Source: Octopus sinensis (taxonomy: Eukaryota). From it: a DNA stretch of 52,148 nt. The DNA lies in assembly GCF_006345805.1 (NCBI RefSeq), contig NW_021834961.1:1-52148 (forward strand), in the 5' to 3' direction. The notes beneath the pieces are model-generated. The model searched no databases. It saw only the letters and a list, made by a program, of their open reading frames with translations, and was not told the DNA's origin. A program made the position numbers and the translations under genes. Of the stretch, positions 10,263 to 23,954 are shown in pieces. Position 1 is the first letter of the stretch, and each line of letters begins with the position of its first letter.

Positions 10263-13099
10263 ATATATATATAAGGTATATCATATATATATGGTATATC
10301 ATATATATATAAGGTATATCATATATATATGGTATATCATATATATATAAGGTATATCATATATATATGGTATATCATATATATATATGGTTATCATATA
10401 TATATGGTATATCATATATATATAGGTATATCATATATATATGGTATATCATATATATATATATAAGGATATATATAATGGTATATCATATATATATAAG
10501 GTATATCATATATATATGGTTATCATATATATATAAGGTATATCATATATATATGTATATCATATATATATAAGGTATATCATATATATATGGTATATCA
10601 TATATATATATGGTATATCATATATATGGTATATCATATATATATAGGATATCATATAATATGGTATATCATATATATATAAGGTATATCATATATATAT
10701 GGTATATCATATTATATAAGGTATATCATATATATATGGTATATCATATATATATAAGGTATATCATATAATATGGTATATCATATATATATAAGGTATA
10801 TCATATATATGGTATATCATATATATATTGTATATCATATATATGGTATATCATAATATATAAGTATATCATATATATATATGGTATATCATATATATAT
10901 AAGGTATATCATATATATATGGTATATCATATATATATAAGGTATATCATTATATATGGTATATCATATATATATAAGGTATATCATATATATATGGTAT
11001 ATCATATATATATAAGGTATATCATATATATATATATGGTATATCATATATATATTGTATATCATATATATGGTATATCATATATATATAAGGTATATCA
11101 TATATATATGATATATCATATATATATGGTATATCATATATATATGGTATATCATATATATATGGTATATCATATATATATGGTATATCATATATATATA
11201 AGGTATATCATATATATATGGTATATCATATATTATATAGGTATATCATATATATATGGTATATCATATATATATAGGTATATCATATATATATGGTATA
11301 TCATATATATAAGGTATATCATATTATATGGTAATCATATATATATATGGTATATCATATATATATGGATATCATATATATAAGGTATATCATATATATA
11401 TGGTATATCATATATATATAGGTATATCATATATATGGTATACATCATATATATATAAGGTATATCATATATATATGGTATATCATATATATATAAGGTA
11501 TATCATATTATATTGTATATCATATATATATGTATATCATATATATATATGGTATATCATATATTATGGTATATCATATATATATAAGGTATATCATATA
11601 TATATGTATAAATCATAATATATAGGTATATCATATATATATGGTATATATATTATATGGTATATCATATATATATATATAAGTATATCATATATATATG
11701 GTATAATCATATATTATAAGGTATATCATATATATATGGTATATCATATATATATATGGTATATCATATATTATGGTATATCATATATATATATGGTATA
11801 TCATATATATATGGTATATCATATATATATAAGGTATATCATATATATATGGTATATCATATATATATAAGGTATATCATATATATATGGTATTCATATA
11901 TAATAGGTATATCAATATATATGGTATATCTATATATATAAGGTATCATATATAATGGTATATCATAATATATATAATGGTATATCATATATATGGTATA
12001 TCATATATATAAGGTATATCATATATATATGGTATATCATATATATATAAGGTATATCATATATATATGGTATATCATAATATATAAGGTATATCATATA
12101 TATATGGTATATCATATATATATAGGGTATCATATATATATGTTTCATATATAATATAAGGTATATCATATATATATGGTATAATCATATATATATAGGT
12201 ATATCATATATATATGGTAATAATAATATATATAGGTATATCATATATATGGTATATCATATATATATAAGGTATATCATATATATATGGTATATCATAT
12301 ATATATAAGGTATATCATATATATATGGTATATCATATATATATAAGGTATATCATATATATATGGTATATCATATATATATAAGGTATATCATATATAT
12401 ATGGTATATCATATATATATAAGGTATATCATATATATATGGTATATCATATATATATAAGGTATATCATATATATATGGTATATCATATATATATATGG
12501 TATATCATATATATATGGTATATCATATATATATAAGGTATATCATATATATATGGTATATCATATATATATAAGGTATATCATATATATATGGTATTCA
12601 TATAATATAAGGTATATCATATATATATGGTATATCATATATATATAGGTATATCATATATATATGGTATATCATATATATATAAGGTATATCATATATA
12701 TATGGTATATCATATATATATATGGTAATATCATATATATATGGTATATCATATATCTATAAGGTATATCATATATATATGGTATATCATTATATTATAG
12801 GTATATCATAATATATGGTATATCATATATATATAAGGTATATCATAATATATATGGTATATCATATATATATAAGGTATATCATATATATATGGTATAT
12901 CATATATATATGGTATATCATATATATATATATGGTATATCATATATATATGGTATATCATATATATATAAGGTATATCATATATATATGGTATATCATA
13001 TATATATAAGGTATATCATATATATATATGGTATATCATATATATATGGTATATCATATATATATATATAAGGTATATCATATATATATGATATACCTT
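10263..13099. repeat. 2.8-kb minisatellite of (AA)GGTATATCATATATATAT, 18-20-bp unit
   Basis: Continuous array of GGTATATCA plus (TA)n; the last unit is inverted. Confidence 0.95.
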
Positions 13100-14684
13100 T
13101 ATGCACGCATGTGCATAGATATATACAGTTGCGCTAATACACAAACAAGAACATATGGACACATGTTCATATAGATACATACATGTACATCAACACACAT
13201 CCAGTCGCACATACATTCAGATACATAAACATACACACACATACATACATAAATACACACACACATACATACACACACACACAAACACACACACACACTT
13301 ACATACATACATAAATACACACACACATACATACACACACACATACATAAATACACACACACATACATACACACACACACACACATAAATACACACACAC
13401 ACACACTTACATACATACATACATATATAAACACACACATACATACACACACACATACATACACACACACATACATTCATACATACATACATTCATACAT
13501 ATACATACATACATACACACACACACACATACATACATACATACATACATACACACATACATACATACATACAAACAAACAAACAAAAGTATAACACAAC
13601 AAGAAATTCTATCAAATACCAATTCAGATGAATTGAAAATCTAAAATGAAGCATTTTACACAATTTCTTTGAAATTTCATTTATTCTTCCACTTAATTCG
13701 ATGAAGAGTAGAAATATTTGCCAAAGAACATAATAGTGGAATATTTCTACATTCGTAATTGACAAGTAATTCCAAATAAAACGCATGACACATTTGAAAG
13801 TAAGCTAAACTGTTTATAGCGACTAGGAAGAGGCTGAGAGCAAAGCAGCATTTGTCTCATAGTTAAAATGTGTATTGTGGCCATGCTGGGGCACCGTCTT
13901 GAAGGGTTCAGTTGAACAAATTGACTCCAGTGAACAATTTTTTAGGTCTGGTATGTGTTTGCGTATGTCTGTGTGCCTGCATTTCTTCATTTTTGTGTTT
14001 GTTGTCCCCACTGCTTATAAGCACTGTTTGATAACCAGTGTTGGTTTGTTTGTTTCCCTGTGACTTAGCAGTTCAGCAGAAGAGACCATACATGCGTACA
14101 CATAAACATACATTCATAGAGACATAAACATACATACGTATACAGATATAGACACATTAACATTACATGCACACATACATACATAGACATATGTCTATGT
14201 ATGTATGTGTCTATACATGTATGTGTCTATGTTTCAGTGGTGGTGCCCCAGCATGGCCGCGGCCTTCAGGCTAAAACATTTTTAAGGATTTTAAGGATAT
14301 ATACAAGCACACGCACATACATACATAGACATATATACAAACACATACATACATATATAGATATATATATATACACACACACACAAATATATACATACAT
14401 ATATACAAACACATACATGCATACATACAACATATGTAGAGACAGGCAGACAGAGGGGCATCATCATTGTTTAATATCCACTTTTCCATGCTTGCATGGG
14501 TTGGACAGTATTTGCTGAGGTGGATTTTTTGCAGTCAGATGCTCTTCCTGTCACTAACCCTCACCTGTTTCCAAGTAATATATCCCATGACCAGCAAGTT
14601 TTTATGAAAGACTGGAAATGAAAGACACAACTTACATGATGGGGACGTTTGTTTACAACTATCACATGAAGTATATACAGATAC

Positions 14685-14723
<39 letters not shown>

Positions 14724-14776
14724 CAGAAATATTAAATTTCTAAGTATCTCATAGAGATATGTATGGTGGTAGGGCG

Positions 14777-15179
14777 ATAGAATGGTTATATACTGTCAAT
14801 TTAACGTGACAGTGGGAGATTACACCACCGCTGTTTAGCCCTAGGAAGCATCGATGCTTCCTGATGGCTTCGACACATTTTTTCCTGTGTCCTTATATAC
14901 ATTTACGAAGGGGAGACAAACACCCCCAGCAGCCAGGCCTTCATCTAGAGACACGCATGTTTCAGGATCTTTGTCCATCATCGGTCTAGATCCTGAAACA
15001 TGCGTGTCTCTAGATGCAGGCCTGGCTGCTGGGGGTGTTTGTCTCCCCTTCGTAAATGTATATAAGGACACAGGAAGAAAAAATGCGTCAAAGCCATCAG
15101 GAAGCGTTGATGCTTCCTAGGGCTAAACAGGTGTAATCCCCTACTGTCACGTTAAATTGACAGTATACAACCATTCTAT
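14777..15179. mobile_element. ~400-bp fold-back (inverted repeat) of a Penelope-like terminal repeat
   Basis: Arms 14777-14970 and 14988-15179 are near-perfect reverse complements around a 17-nt spacer. A hammerhead motif spans the centre. A half-copy lies at 24050-24257. Confidence 0.75.
14943..14991 (-). ncRNA. Variant minimal type I hammerhead ribozyme (U4C core)
   Basis: AUCUAGA-CCGAUGA-U-GGA(caaaga)UCC-U-GAAAC-AUGCGU-GUC^UCUAGAU. It has a 7-bp stem I, a near-palindromic stem III and a predicted cut between 14950 and 14949. Confidence 0.65.
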
Positions 15180-16092
15180 GTATATATATATATATATATC
15201 TTACTAAGGGTAAAGACCCCCTTTGGTCATGAATGACCATGGGTCTGTATCTAGAAAATTCTCCTCCAAGGCACAAGTCCAGGCAAGGTTGCTTATGGAA
15301 GACCAGCAGTCGCCCATGCATACTAGCATCTTCTCTCTCCATGCCACCAATATTATCCAATGCAAAGACAAAGGCTGATACAGCTTGGCACCAGTGATGT
15401 CACAACTCATTTCTACAGCTGAGTGAACTGGAGCAACGTGAAATAAAGTGTCTTGCTCAAGAGCACAACACACAGCCCAGTTTGGGAATTGAATTCACTA
15501 CCTCATGATTGTGAGCCTGATGCTCTACCACTGAGCCATGTGCCTTCAATACATATACACACATACACACACACACACACACATACACATAACAGGGTTC
15601 CATACAGTTTCTGTCAACCAGATTCACTCACAAGGCATTAGTTGGCCCAAGGCCATAGTAGAAGACATTTGTCCAAAGAGCAGAGCAGTGGGACTGAACT
15701 CAAAACCACATGGTCTTAAAGCAATTATCTTAACCCAATTACCATTCCACCCCCGCCCCCCAGTTTGAATCTTGCAGAAATAGATTATCCGGTTAAATTG
15801 CTTCAGGACCCCTGTAAACAAGTACCAGTAAAAACGCTACAGATGATGTTAAACAATCAAATCAACTATAATATATGACATTTTACTCATTTACTTGCTT
15901 CAGTCATTTGACTGTGGCCATGCTGGAGCACCGACTTTAGTCGAGGAAATCGACCCCGGGACTTATTCTTTGTAAGCCTAGTACTTATTCTATCGGTCTT
16001 TTTTGCCGAACCGTTAAGTTACAGAGACATAAACACACCAGCATCGGTTGTCAAGCGATGTTGGAGGGAGGACAAACACAACAAACAAACAT

Positions 16093-16140
<48 letters not shown>

Positions 16141-16357
16141 CAGAAATATTAAATTTCTAAGTATCTCATAAGATATGTATGGTGGTAGGGCGATAGAATG
16201 GTTATATACTGTCAATTTAACGTGACAGTGGGAGATTACACCACCGCTGTTTAGCCCTAGGAAGCATCGATGCTTCCTGATGGCTTCGACACATTTTTTC
16301 CTGTGTCCTTATATACATTTACGAAGGGGAGACAAACCCCCCAGCAGCCAGGCCTTC

Positions 16358-16406
16358 ATCTAGAGACACGCATGTTTCAGGATCTTTGTCCATCATCGGT
16401 CTAGAT
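16358..16406 (-). ncRNA. Second copy of the variant hammerhead, inside the duplicated fold-back 16193-16592
   Basis: Same 49-nt sequence as 14943-14991. Confidence 0.65.
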
Positions 16407-16589
16407 CCTGAAACATGCGTGTCTCTAGATGCAGGCCTGGCTGCTGGGGGTGTTTGTCTCCCCTTCGTAAATGTATATAAGGACACAGGAAGAAAAAATG
16501 CGTCGAAGCCATCAGGAAGCGTCGATGCTTCCTAGGGCTAAACAGGTGTAATCCCCTACTGTCACGTTAAATTGACAGTATACACCATC

Positions 16590-16624
<35 letters not shown>

Positions 16625-17521
16625 TACTAAGGGTAAAGACCCCCTTTGGTCATGAATGACCATGGGTCTGTATCTAGAAAATTCTCCTCCAAGGCACAAG
16701 TCCAGGCAAGGTTGCTTATGGAAGACCAGCAGTCGCCCATGCATACTAGCATCTTCTCTCTCCATGCCACCAATATTATCCAATGCAAAGACAAAGGCTG
16801 ATACAGCTTGGCACCAGTGATGTCACAACTCATTTCTACAGCTGAGTGAACTGGAGCAACGTGAAATAAGTGTCTTGCTCAGAGCACAACACACAGCCCA
16901 GTTTGGGAATTGAATTCACTACCTCATGATTGTGAGCCTGATGCTCTACCACTGAGCCATGTGCCTTCAATACATATACACACATACACACACACACACA
17001 CACATACACATAACAGGGTTCCATACAGTTTCTGTCAACCAGATTCACTCACAAGGCATTAGTTGGCCCAAGGCCATAGTAGAACATTTGTCCAAAGAGC
17101 AGAGCAGTGGGACTGAACTCAAAACCACATGGTCTTAAAGCAATTATCTTAACCCAATTACCATTCCATCCACCTCCACCCCCGCCCCCCAGTTTGAATC
17201 TTGCAGAAATAGATTATCCGGTTAAATTGCTTCAGGACCCCTGTAAACAAGTACCAGTAAAAACGCTACAGATGATGTTAAACAATCAAATCAACTATAA
17301 TATATGACATTTTACTCATTTACTTGCTTCAGTCATTTGACTGTGGCCATGCTGGAGCACCGACTTTAGTCGAGGAAATCGACCCCGGGACTTATTCTTT
17401 GTAAGCCTAGTACTTATTCTATCGGTCTTTTTTGCCGAACCGTTAAGTTACAGAGACATAAACACACCAGCATCGGTTGTCAAGCGATGTTGGAGGGAGG
17501 ACAAACACAACAAACAAACAT

Positions 17522-17566
<45 letters not shown>

Positions 17567-18478
17567 TACGACAGGCTTCTTTCAGTTTCCGTCTACCAAA
17601 TCCACTCACAAGGCTATAGTAGAAGACACTTGCTCAAGGTGCCACGCAGTGAGACTGAACCCGGAACCATGTGGTTCGTAAGCAAGCTACTTACCACACA
17701 GCCACTCCTACGCCTATTATTCAGAATTGTTTTTGATCTTGTACCAACTCTAGAAACCATTGTTGTTTTTGTAATTAGAGTGGTACGGAGGTTTTTGGTG
17801 AAGTGGTTACACTGTTGCACTCATGACCCTAAAATTATAGTTTCAATTTCCGAACCATGTGTCCTTGAGCAAAAAACTTCATTTTCATAACATTGCTCCG
17901 GTCCATTCTATTGGCATAAATGAGTAATCCTGTGATGGACTGGCGTCCCATCCAGGGGAGGAATATATATAATAAAGAATGTGGAAAATTGGCCTTATGA
18001 GCCAACGGCTCAGGGAAGAAGCTAAGGCTAAGGCTTAATTAGGGTAGTACATTAGTATAATGAGTAGGGCATTAGACAAAGTACACTGGCAGCAGCAGCA
18101 GCAACACTAACAACAGTTACAATAATGAGCAAATGAAAGACCCTTTATAGAATCACCTGATGTGCTAGAAATAACAATTGAATGTCACTCAAATCACACC
18201 CATTTGTCTTAACTTTTTAGCATTTAGATTGCTGTGTCAAATGTAATACTTATTTATCCACATTGTTCTGAATTAATCATGCATTATCCTGTAGCTTTGA
18301 GATTTCAGTGATGTGATTGTTTATTTTGAGAAAGATATTGTTGGCCAAGTGTGAAAGACTGGATCTATCTAGTTTGAAGATAAAACAGGTAGATTATTTT
18401 GGCCAGATAAGACTGGTTTAAATGCTAAAGGATTCAATAAAGAAAAACCACATTGGATAGCACATGTTGTCCTAAGTA

Positions 18479-19044
18479 TTGGGTTGTCCAGAAAGTTAGT
18501 GCCAATTTTTAAAGGAAAGAAAAAGGTCAATAAATACTTGCCATTACATTTTTCATCAACCAAATATGAACTATTTTGTTGCACAATGTGTCTCCATCTT
18601 TCCTTTAACTTGAAAATACCCTCTTCCCAGAATTGAGGTGGTTTCATGGCAAAGAATTCATCAAGCTATTTTTTTATGTCATCCAAGGAATTGAAATTTT
18701 TACCATTAAGACTATTCTGCAGAGACCTGAATAAATGGAAATCTGAAGGAGCAATATCTGGTGAATATGGAGGGTGGGGTAACACATCCCAGCTGAGCTG
18801 CAGCAATTTTTGTCTGGATCTCAAAGCATCAAGTGCCGAAAATGAACTTTCTTATCTTCCATTTTAAAGGGTTACAGAATTAACACAGGTTATAGGAACA
18901 TAAACCTTCTTCCACGAAAAGATAGCTTAAACTGTGCTCTAAATGGAGGTGTAGTGAAATCCTATTTTATGGACTCAACCATGTTCTAAAATAAGTCGAA
19001 AGGTAAGCTACTATAAATCGGCACAAACTTTCCGGACAACCCAA
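18479..19044 (-). mobile_element. Internally deleted mariner transposon (566 bp) with ~30-bp TIRs and TA flanks
   Basis: Left TIR TTGGGTTGTCCAGAAAGTTAGTGCCAATTT; right TIR AAATCGGCACAAACTTTCCGGACAACCCAA. Minus-strand remnant WDVLPHPPYSPDIAPSDFHLFRSLQNSLNGKNF...FWEEGIFKLKERW carries the mariner YSPDLAP motif and an internal stop. Confidence 0.93.
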
Positions 19045-19289
19045 TATATTTTTTAGACTAACATTGTAGGGTAGGTTTGACAGACCAGTTTGAACATAAA
19101 ACAGGAAGAATATTTTGGTCAGATATGGCCAGTTTAAATGTCAAAGGGTTAAGAATATGGAGATAGTTTTCTTAGATTTTTTTTTTTTTACTTTTTGTCA
19201 CTCCTTTTCTTTATATTGTCAAATCATGACAGTCTGAGTAGGCTTTATGAGGAACTGAGGCAAATAGAATTATACCTCCCTACCTAGAC

Positions 19290-19388
19290 AATGGAGGTGT
19301 AGTCAAATCCTATTTTATGGACTCGACGATGTTCTAAAATAAGTCGAAAGGTAAGCTACTATAAATCGGCACAAACTTTCCGGACAAC
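19290..19388 (-). mobile_element. Duplicate of the mariner 5' end including most of the TIR
   Basis: Near-identical to ~18943-19040. Confidence 0.85.
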
Positions 19389-20253
19389 TTATATTTTCAA
19401 CACACCTAAAAAGATGAAATGTCTACAATCATAGTTCAACCAACCAGAGCTGACCTGGGGCTAAACAACAATAGCCAGAACAACAAAACAGTTATATTCA
19501 AACAACTGTGAAACCATTTCAGATGTTAGAGTTTCAATGGTTTCAGCGTACACAGAAAATTATTAAAAATAACAAAACAAAACGAAAAAATAAATAAATA
19601 TTTAAAAAAAACGAAATAAATAAATAAATAAATGGGAGGAGTGGGAGGGGTGGTGATAATGAAATCAAATTATAAAAATTAATACGATTGCAATTTTCAT
19701 CCAATGAAACTCGCATAAAAGAAAATTAAGGCGTTTGTAATTTTTATCCAATAAGATCACATACAAAAGCAAAAACAAAACAACCAAAACAAAAAAAAAT
19801 CAATGTACTAATAATTGTTATCCAATGAAATCACATAAAAGAAATTAATTTGATTGCCATTTTTCCCGTGATGGTTTAGGAATTCTTTTTTTTTTTTATC
19901 TTTTCTGATTTTTTTTCCCTATCACAATAATAATAATAATAATGATGATAATAAAAATTAAAAAGAAAATTATGTGCGGTGTTTTAGATGTTTTTTCACC
20001 ATAAATTTAGAGTGGCATTTAATGCAGGCATGGCAGAATGGTTAAGAAATTTGCTTCCTAACAACATGGCTATGGTGTTTGGTATCGCATGGTGTGTGTC
20101 TTGGGGGCAAATGTCTTTTACTTTAGCCTCAGGTTAACAGACACCTTGTAAGTAATACTCAAGCGACAGATTCCTGACAAGCACAAGTGTATGAGAGAAA
20201 GAAATTAATCTGTGTTATGCAGGATGCAGTCATCTATAATAATAAACACAAAA

Positions 20254-20670
20254 GGTGGTGAGCTGGCAGAAACGTTAGCACGCCGGGCGAAATTCGTGGC
20301 AGTATTTCGTCTGTCGTTACGTTCCGAGTTCAAATTCTGCCGAGGTCGACTTTGCCTTTCATCCTTTCGGGGTCGATAAATTAAGTACCAGTTACGCACT
20401 GGGGTCGATATAATCGACTTAATCTGTTTGTATGTCCTTGTTTGTCCCCTCTGTGTTTAGCCCCTTGTGGGTAGTAAAGAAATAGGTATTTTGTCTGCCG
20501 TTACGTTGTGAGTTCAAATTCTGCCGAGGTCGACTTTGCCTTTCATCCTTTCGGGGTCGATAAATTAAGTACCAGTTACGCACTGGGGTCGATGTAATCG
20601 ACTTAATTCGTTTGTCTGTCCTTGTTTGTCCCCTCTGTGTTTAGCCCCTTGTGGGTAGTAAAAAAATATA
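20254..20670 (+). mobile_element. Meta-like tRNA SINE, head plus a tandem dimer of the body
   Basis: GGTGAGCTGGCAGAAACGTTAGC head; the body GTATTT..GAGTTCAAATTC...CCCCTTGTGGGTAGTAAA occurs twice. Confidence 0.8.
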
Positions 20671-20754
20671 TAATAATAAACTCAAAATTCTGCCTGTCCA
20701 AAATTCTGTCTGATCTCTATATCTCAGTCTATGTTTGCTCTACACAGACATATT

Positions 20755-20870
20755 ACAGTAACCCCTCAACTACATGGGTGTTACATCCCAAAACCGCCCT
20801 ATGATACGTGAAAATCCATGAATTTGAAACAGTACTGTACTTTATATTTTATTATAAATGCAAAACAACA
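20755..20870 (+). mobile_element. Possible Tigger/pogo-like terminal fragment
   Basis: TA-CAGTAACCCCTC.. resembles Tigger-type TIR starts; no matching opposite end was found. Confidence 0.3.
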
Positions 20871-21857
20871 CCACGCAGGAATCGACATAAGCTTAAATAA
20901 TAAACTGCGATATGGTGAGGGATTACTGTACACCTTTTCGGAATCAAGATGATCCTGGGATTGAAAATCTACCCTTCATTTGGTTCTTGAACATCCAGCA
21001 TTGGGATCAGATCTGGATGAGGATTTGTTATAAGCTAACAGTTGAAAACTCAAATTTTAAAAGAACTCCAAAAATTTGTGAACTTCCAAGTTTTTCATCT
21101 AAACCGTATTGGTAAGGTATCAATAAATGCTTTATTATTACTGCTCTCTTTAGTTTGGGGTTGCAGGTCCAATTACCCACTCCACAGGAGCTAAGTTAAA
21201 AGTTTCTATAGAGTGCAGCTATTAAAATAGTCTGTTATAATGTTGCAATTAGCAACTAAGTGAAACACATGCACAATATCCATTAAAAGAGATGGCCATA
21301 TTATGCATATCAACAAAACTTTGTCTCAGTCATTAGGCTGTGGTTGGGCTGGGGAAATGCCTTGAAGAATTTTAGTCAAGCAAATCAACCCCAGTACTTC
21401 TTTATTTTTAACCCTTTTGTGTTTAAACTGGCTATATCTGGCCCAATATATTCCACATATTTTATATTCAAACTGGCCAGATCCAGCCTCTCACACCTAA
21501 CCTACATTGACATTCTAAAAATAAACAATCACGTCACTGAAACCTCAAAGCTAGAAGATAATCCATGATTAATTCAAAACAATTTGAGTGAAAAAGTATT
21601 ACATTTAACAGAATAATCTGAACACTAAAGGATTAAACCTACAACTTATTTTGTCACTCTCTTTTGCTGAACTATTTAGATTTTGGGACATAAAGACACC
21701 AAGCAGTAGTGGGGTACAAACACACACACACATATAACGTCTTTGAAAACATCTTTCTTCACCCTTTTCCTTCCGGTCTTTCAAAATGTGACCACGTGTG
21801 TACCGTTGGCGATTTTTTTCCTCTGTCTTCCCTTCTCTGGATCTTTCCTTCTCCTAT

Positions 21858-21892
21858 GTTTCCAACGAAGAGCTCCACTCGAAACGTTAAAC
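21858..21892 (+). ncRNA. Degenerate minimal type I hammerhead motif in a Penelope-like terminal fragment (~21740-21995)
   Basis: GUUU-CCAACGA-A-GAG(cucca)CUC-GAAAC-GUU^AAAC, with palindromic ACGU stem III. Downstream TTCCTGAGC..ATAATA resembles the 6221 element. Confidence 0.5.
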
Positions 21893-21998
21893 CCTCCTTC
21901 TTTCCTTCTTTCCTGAGCATCCAATAATACTATACTTGTTCCACATCCTCGCGTTGTGTTTTTTGTGCTTTCTTGTTAGGATTAACTTTATATATATA

Positions 21999-22399
21999 TA
22001 CTAGCAGTATCGCCCGGCATTGCTCGGGTTTGTAAGGGAAATAACTATAAAGCATTTTTAGAGAGTTATAGCCATAAAATAGCAAAAAAATGCATTAAAA
22101 ATGGAAAAAAAATTATGGTAAATTTTTTTTAAATCGTTGACACATCGTAGACATTTTTAGAGAGTTACTTCCCTTATATAATAGCGAAAAATAATGCATT
22201 AAAATGGAAAAAAATTATGGTAAATCATTTTTAAAATCGTAGACTCATCGTAGATGCGCGCTAATACTCAGAATGGCTCGATATGAATCACGACTATAAG
22301 ATACCCGGTTTTGGTTAAACTGCACCACAAAATGTGGGAGTAGTTAGGAAACTAAATCGTAGGAGACAGACACACAACTTCACTTTTATATATAAAGAT
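21999..22399 (+). mobile_element. Non-autonomous Helitron/Helentron-like (HINE/DINE-type) element
   Basis: 5' ACTAGC followed by the hairpin CCCGG-CATTG-CTCGGG, an internal ~95-bp direct repeat, and a 3' end TTTTATATATAAAGAT typical of this class. Confidence 0.6.
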
Positions 22400-22967
22400 A
22401 TATGTCTACTCTGTAGGCCAAAGAGAAGATCATTAATAGAATTTCTGAAAGACTCCCAAGATGCCCACGTGCATAATAAATGTACTTTAACACAATGCAG
22501 TGGGAAGGAAGTTGAGTTCCTTAAATCCTTAAAAATGTTTTAGCCTGAAGGCCGCGGCCATGCTGGGGCACCACCGCTGTTAACATAATTTACTTTAAGG
22601 TATGGATGAATTAAGTTTAGTTTTAACCTCCCCATTCCTGTAAACACCAAGCAGCTATTTGACTCACTTTGTCATCGTGTGTGCACCAAACCCCACATGT
22701 GCATATGCTAACATTTTGTGGTCTCTTGTATGAGCGAGTGTACACGCAACATGCAGCTTGTACGAGTGCGTTTTATACATCCATGTTTGTTAACGGTTAT
22801 TTTAAAAACTTTTCACTCCGTATTGTGTGTTCATCTCTTTTTTTTTGCATCTGTGATTATTTTTTCATCTTCTACATAAAGGAAGATATTTCCTTCGTTT
22901 TGCTGTTTTTCTTTCTATGAAACCAGAAGATGCATTGCAGAATAATTATTTTAATGAGTTGCATCTA

Positions 22968-23356
22968 GAAGAAGAAGCACTCCGTCGGTTACGACAACGA
23001 GGGTTCCGGTTGATCTGAATCAACGGAACAGCCTGCTCGTGAAATTAACGTGTAAGTCGTTGAGCACTCCACAGACACGTGTACCCTTAACATAGTTCTC
23101 AGGGATATTCAGCGTGACACAGAGAGTGACAAGGCCGGCCCTTTGAAATACAGGTACAACAGAAACAGGAAGTAAGAGTGAGAGAAAGTTGTGGTGAAAG
23201 AGTACAGCGGGGATCACCACTATCCCCTGCCGGAGCCTCGTGGAGCTTTAGGTGTTTTCGCTCAATAAACACTCACAACGCCTGGTCTGGGAATCGAAAC
23301 CGCGATCCTACGACTGCGAGTCCACTGCCCTAACCACTGGGCCATTGCGCATCCAC
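22968..23356 (-). mobile_element. Full-length tRNA-derived SINE with an 11-bp TSD
   Basis: TSD AGTTGCATCTA at 22957-22967 and 23357-23367. Head CAATGGCCCAGTGGTTAGGGCAG..GGTTTCGATTCCC, (TTC)n tail. Sister copy at 48000-48382. Confidence 0.9.
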
Positions 23357-23919
23357 AGTTGCATCTACTTATCACCTAATAAGACACATCTGCACCGCCG
23401 GAAGCTCCTGAGCCAATTGTTGAGTGTCTTGCCCATGAGAGAATGATGCTAGATGTGTCAAAACAATTGTCGTGATTAATAAAAGTCAAAATCAAATTCG
23501 ATGACTGGCATCCGTGCAAGTGGAGCGCTAAGAGCACCATCCAAGTGTAATCGTTGCCAGAGCAGCAAACAGGCTTCTGTGCCGGAGGCACGTAAAAAGC
23601 ACCATTCGAGCATGATCGTTACCAGCGTTGCCAGTGGCACATGAAAAAACATTCGAGCGAGGTCGTTGCCAGTCCCACTGGACTGGCTCCTGTGCAAGTG
23701 GCACTTAAAAAACACCATTTGAATGTGGCCGTTGCTAGTACCGTCTGACACCCACTACTAAAAGCACCCACTACACTCTCGGAATGGTTGGCATTAGGAA
23801 GGGCATCCAGCTGTAGAAACTCTGCCAGATCACATTAGAGTTTGGTTTGCCAGACCCCAATCAAATTGTCCAACCCATGCTAGCATGGAAAGTGAGCATT
23901 AAACAAAACGATGATGATG

Positions 23920-23951
<32 letters not shown>

Positions 23952-23954
<3 letters not shown>

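Larger units (their letters stand above)
14724..17545. repeat. Tandem duplication of a ~1.42-kb block (unit 1 ~14724-16140, unit 2 ~16141-17545)
   Basis: CAGAAATATTAAATTTC occurs at 14724 and 16141; TTGGAGGGAG occurs at 16061 and 17490. Breakpoints lie in (TA)n tracts. Confidence 0.92.
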
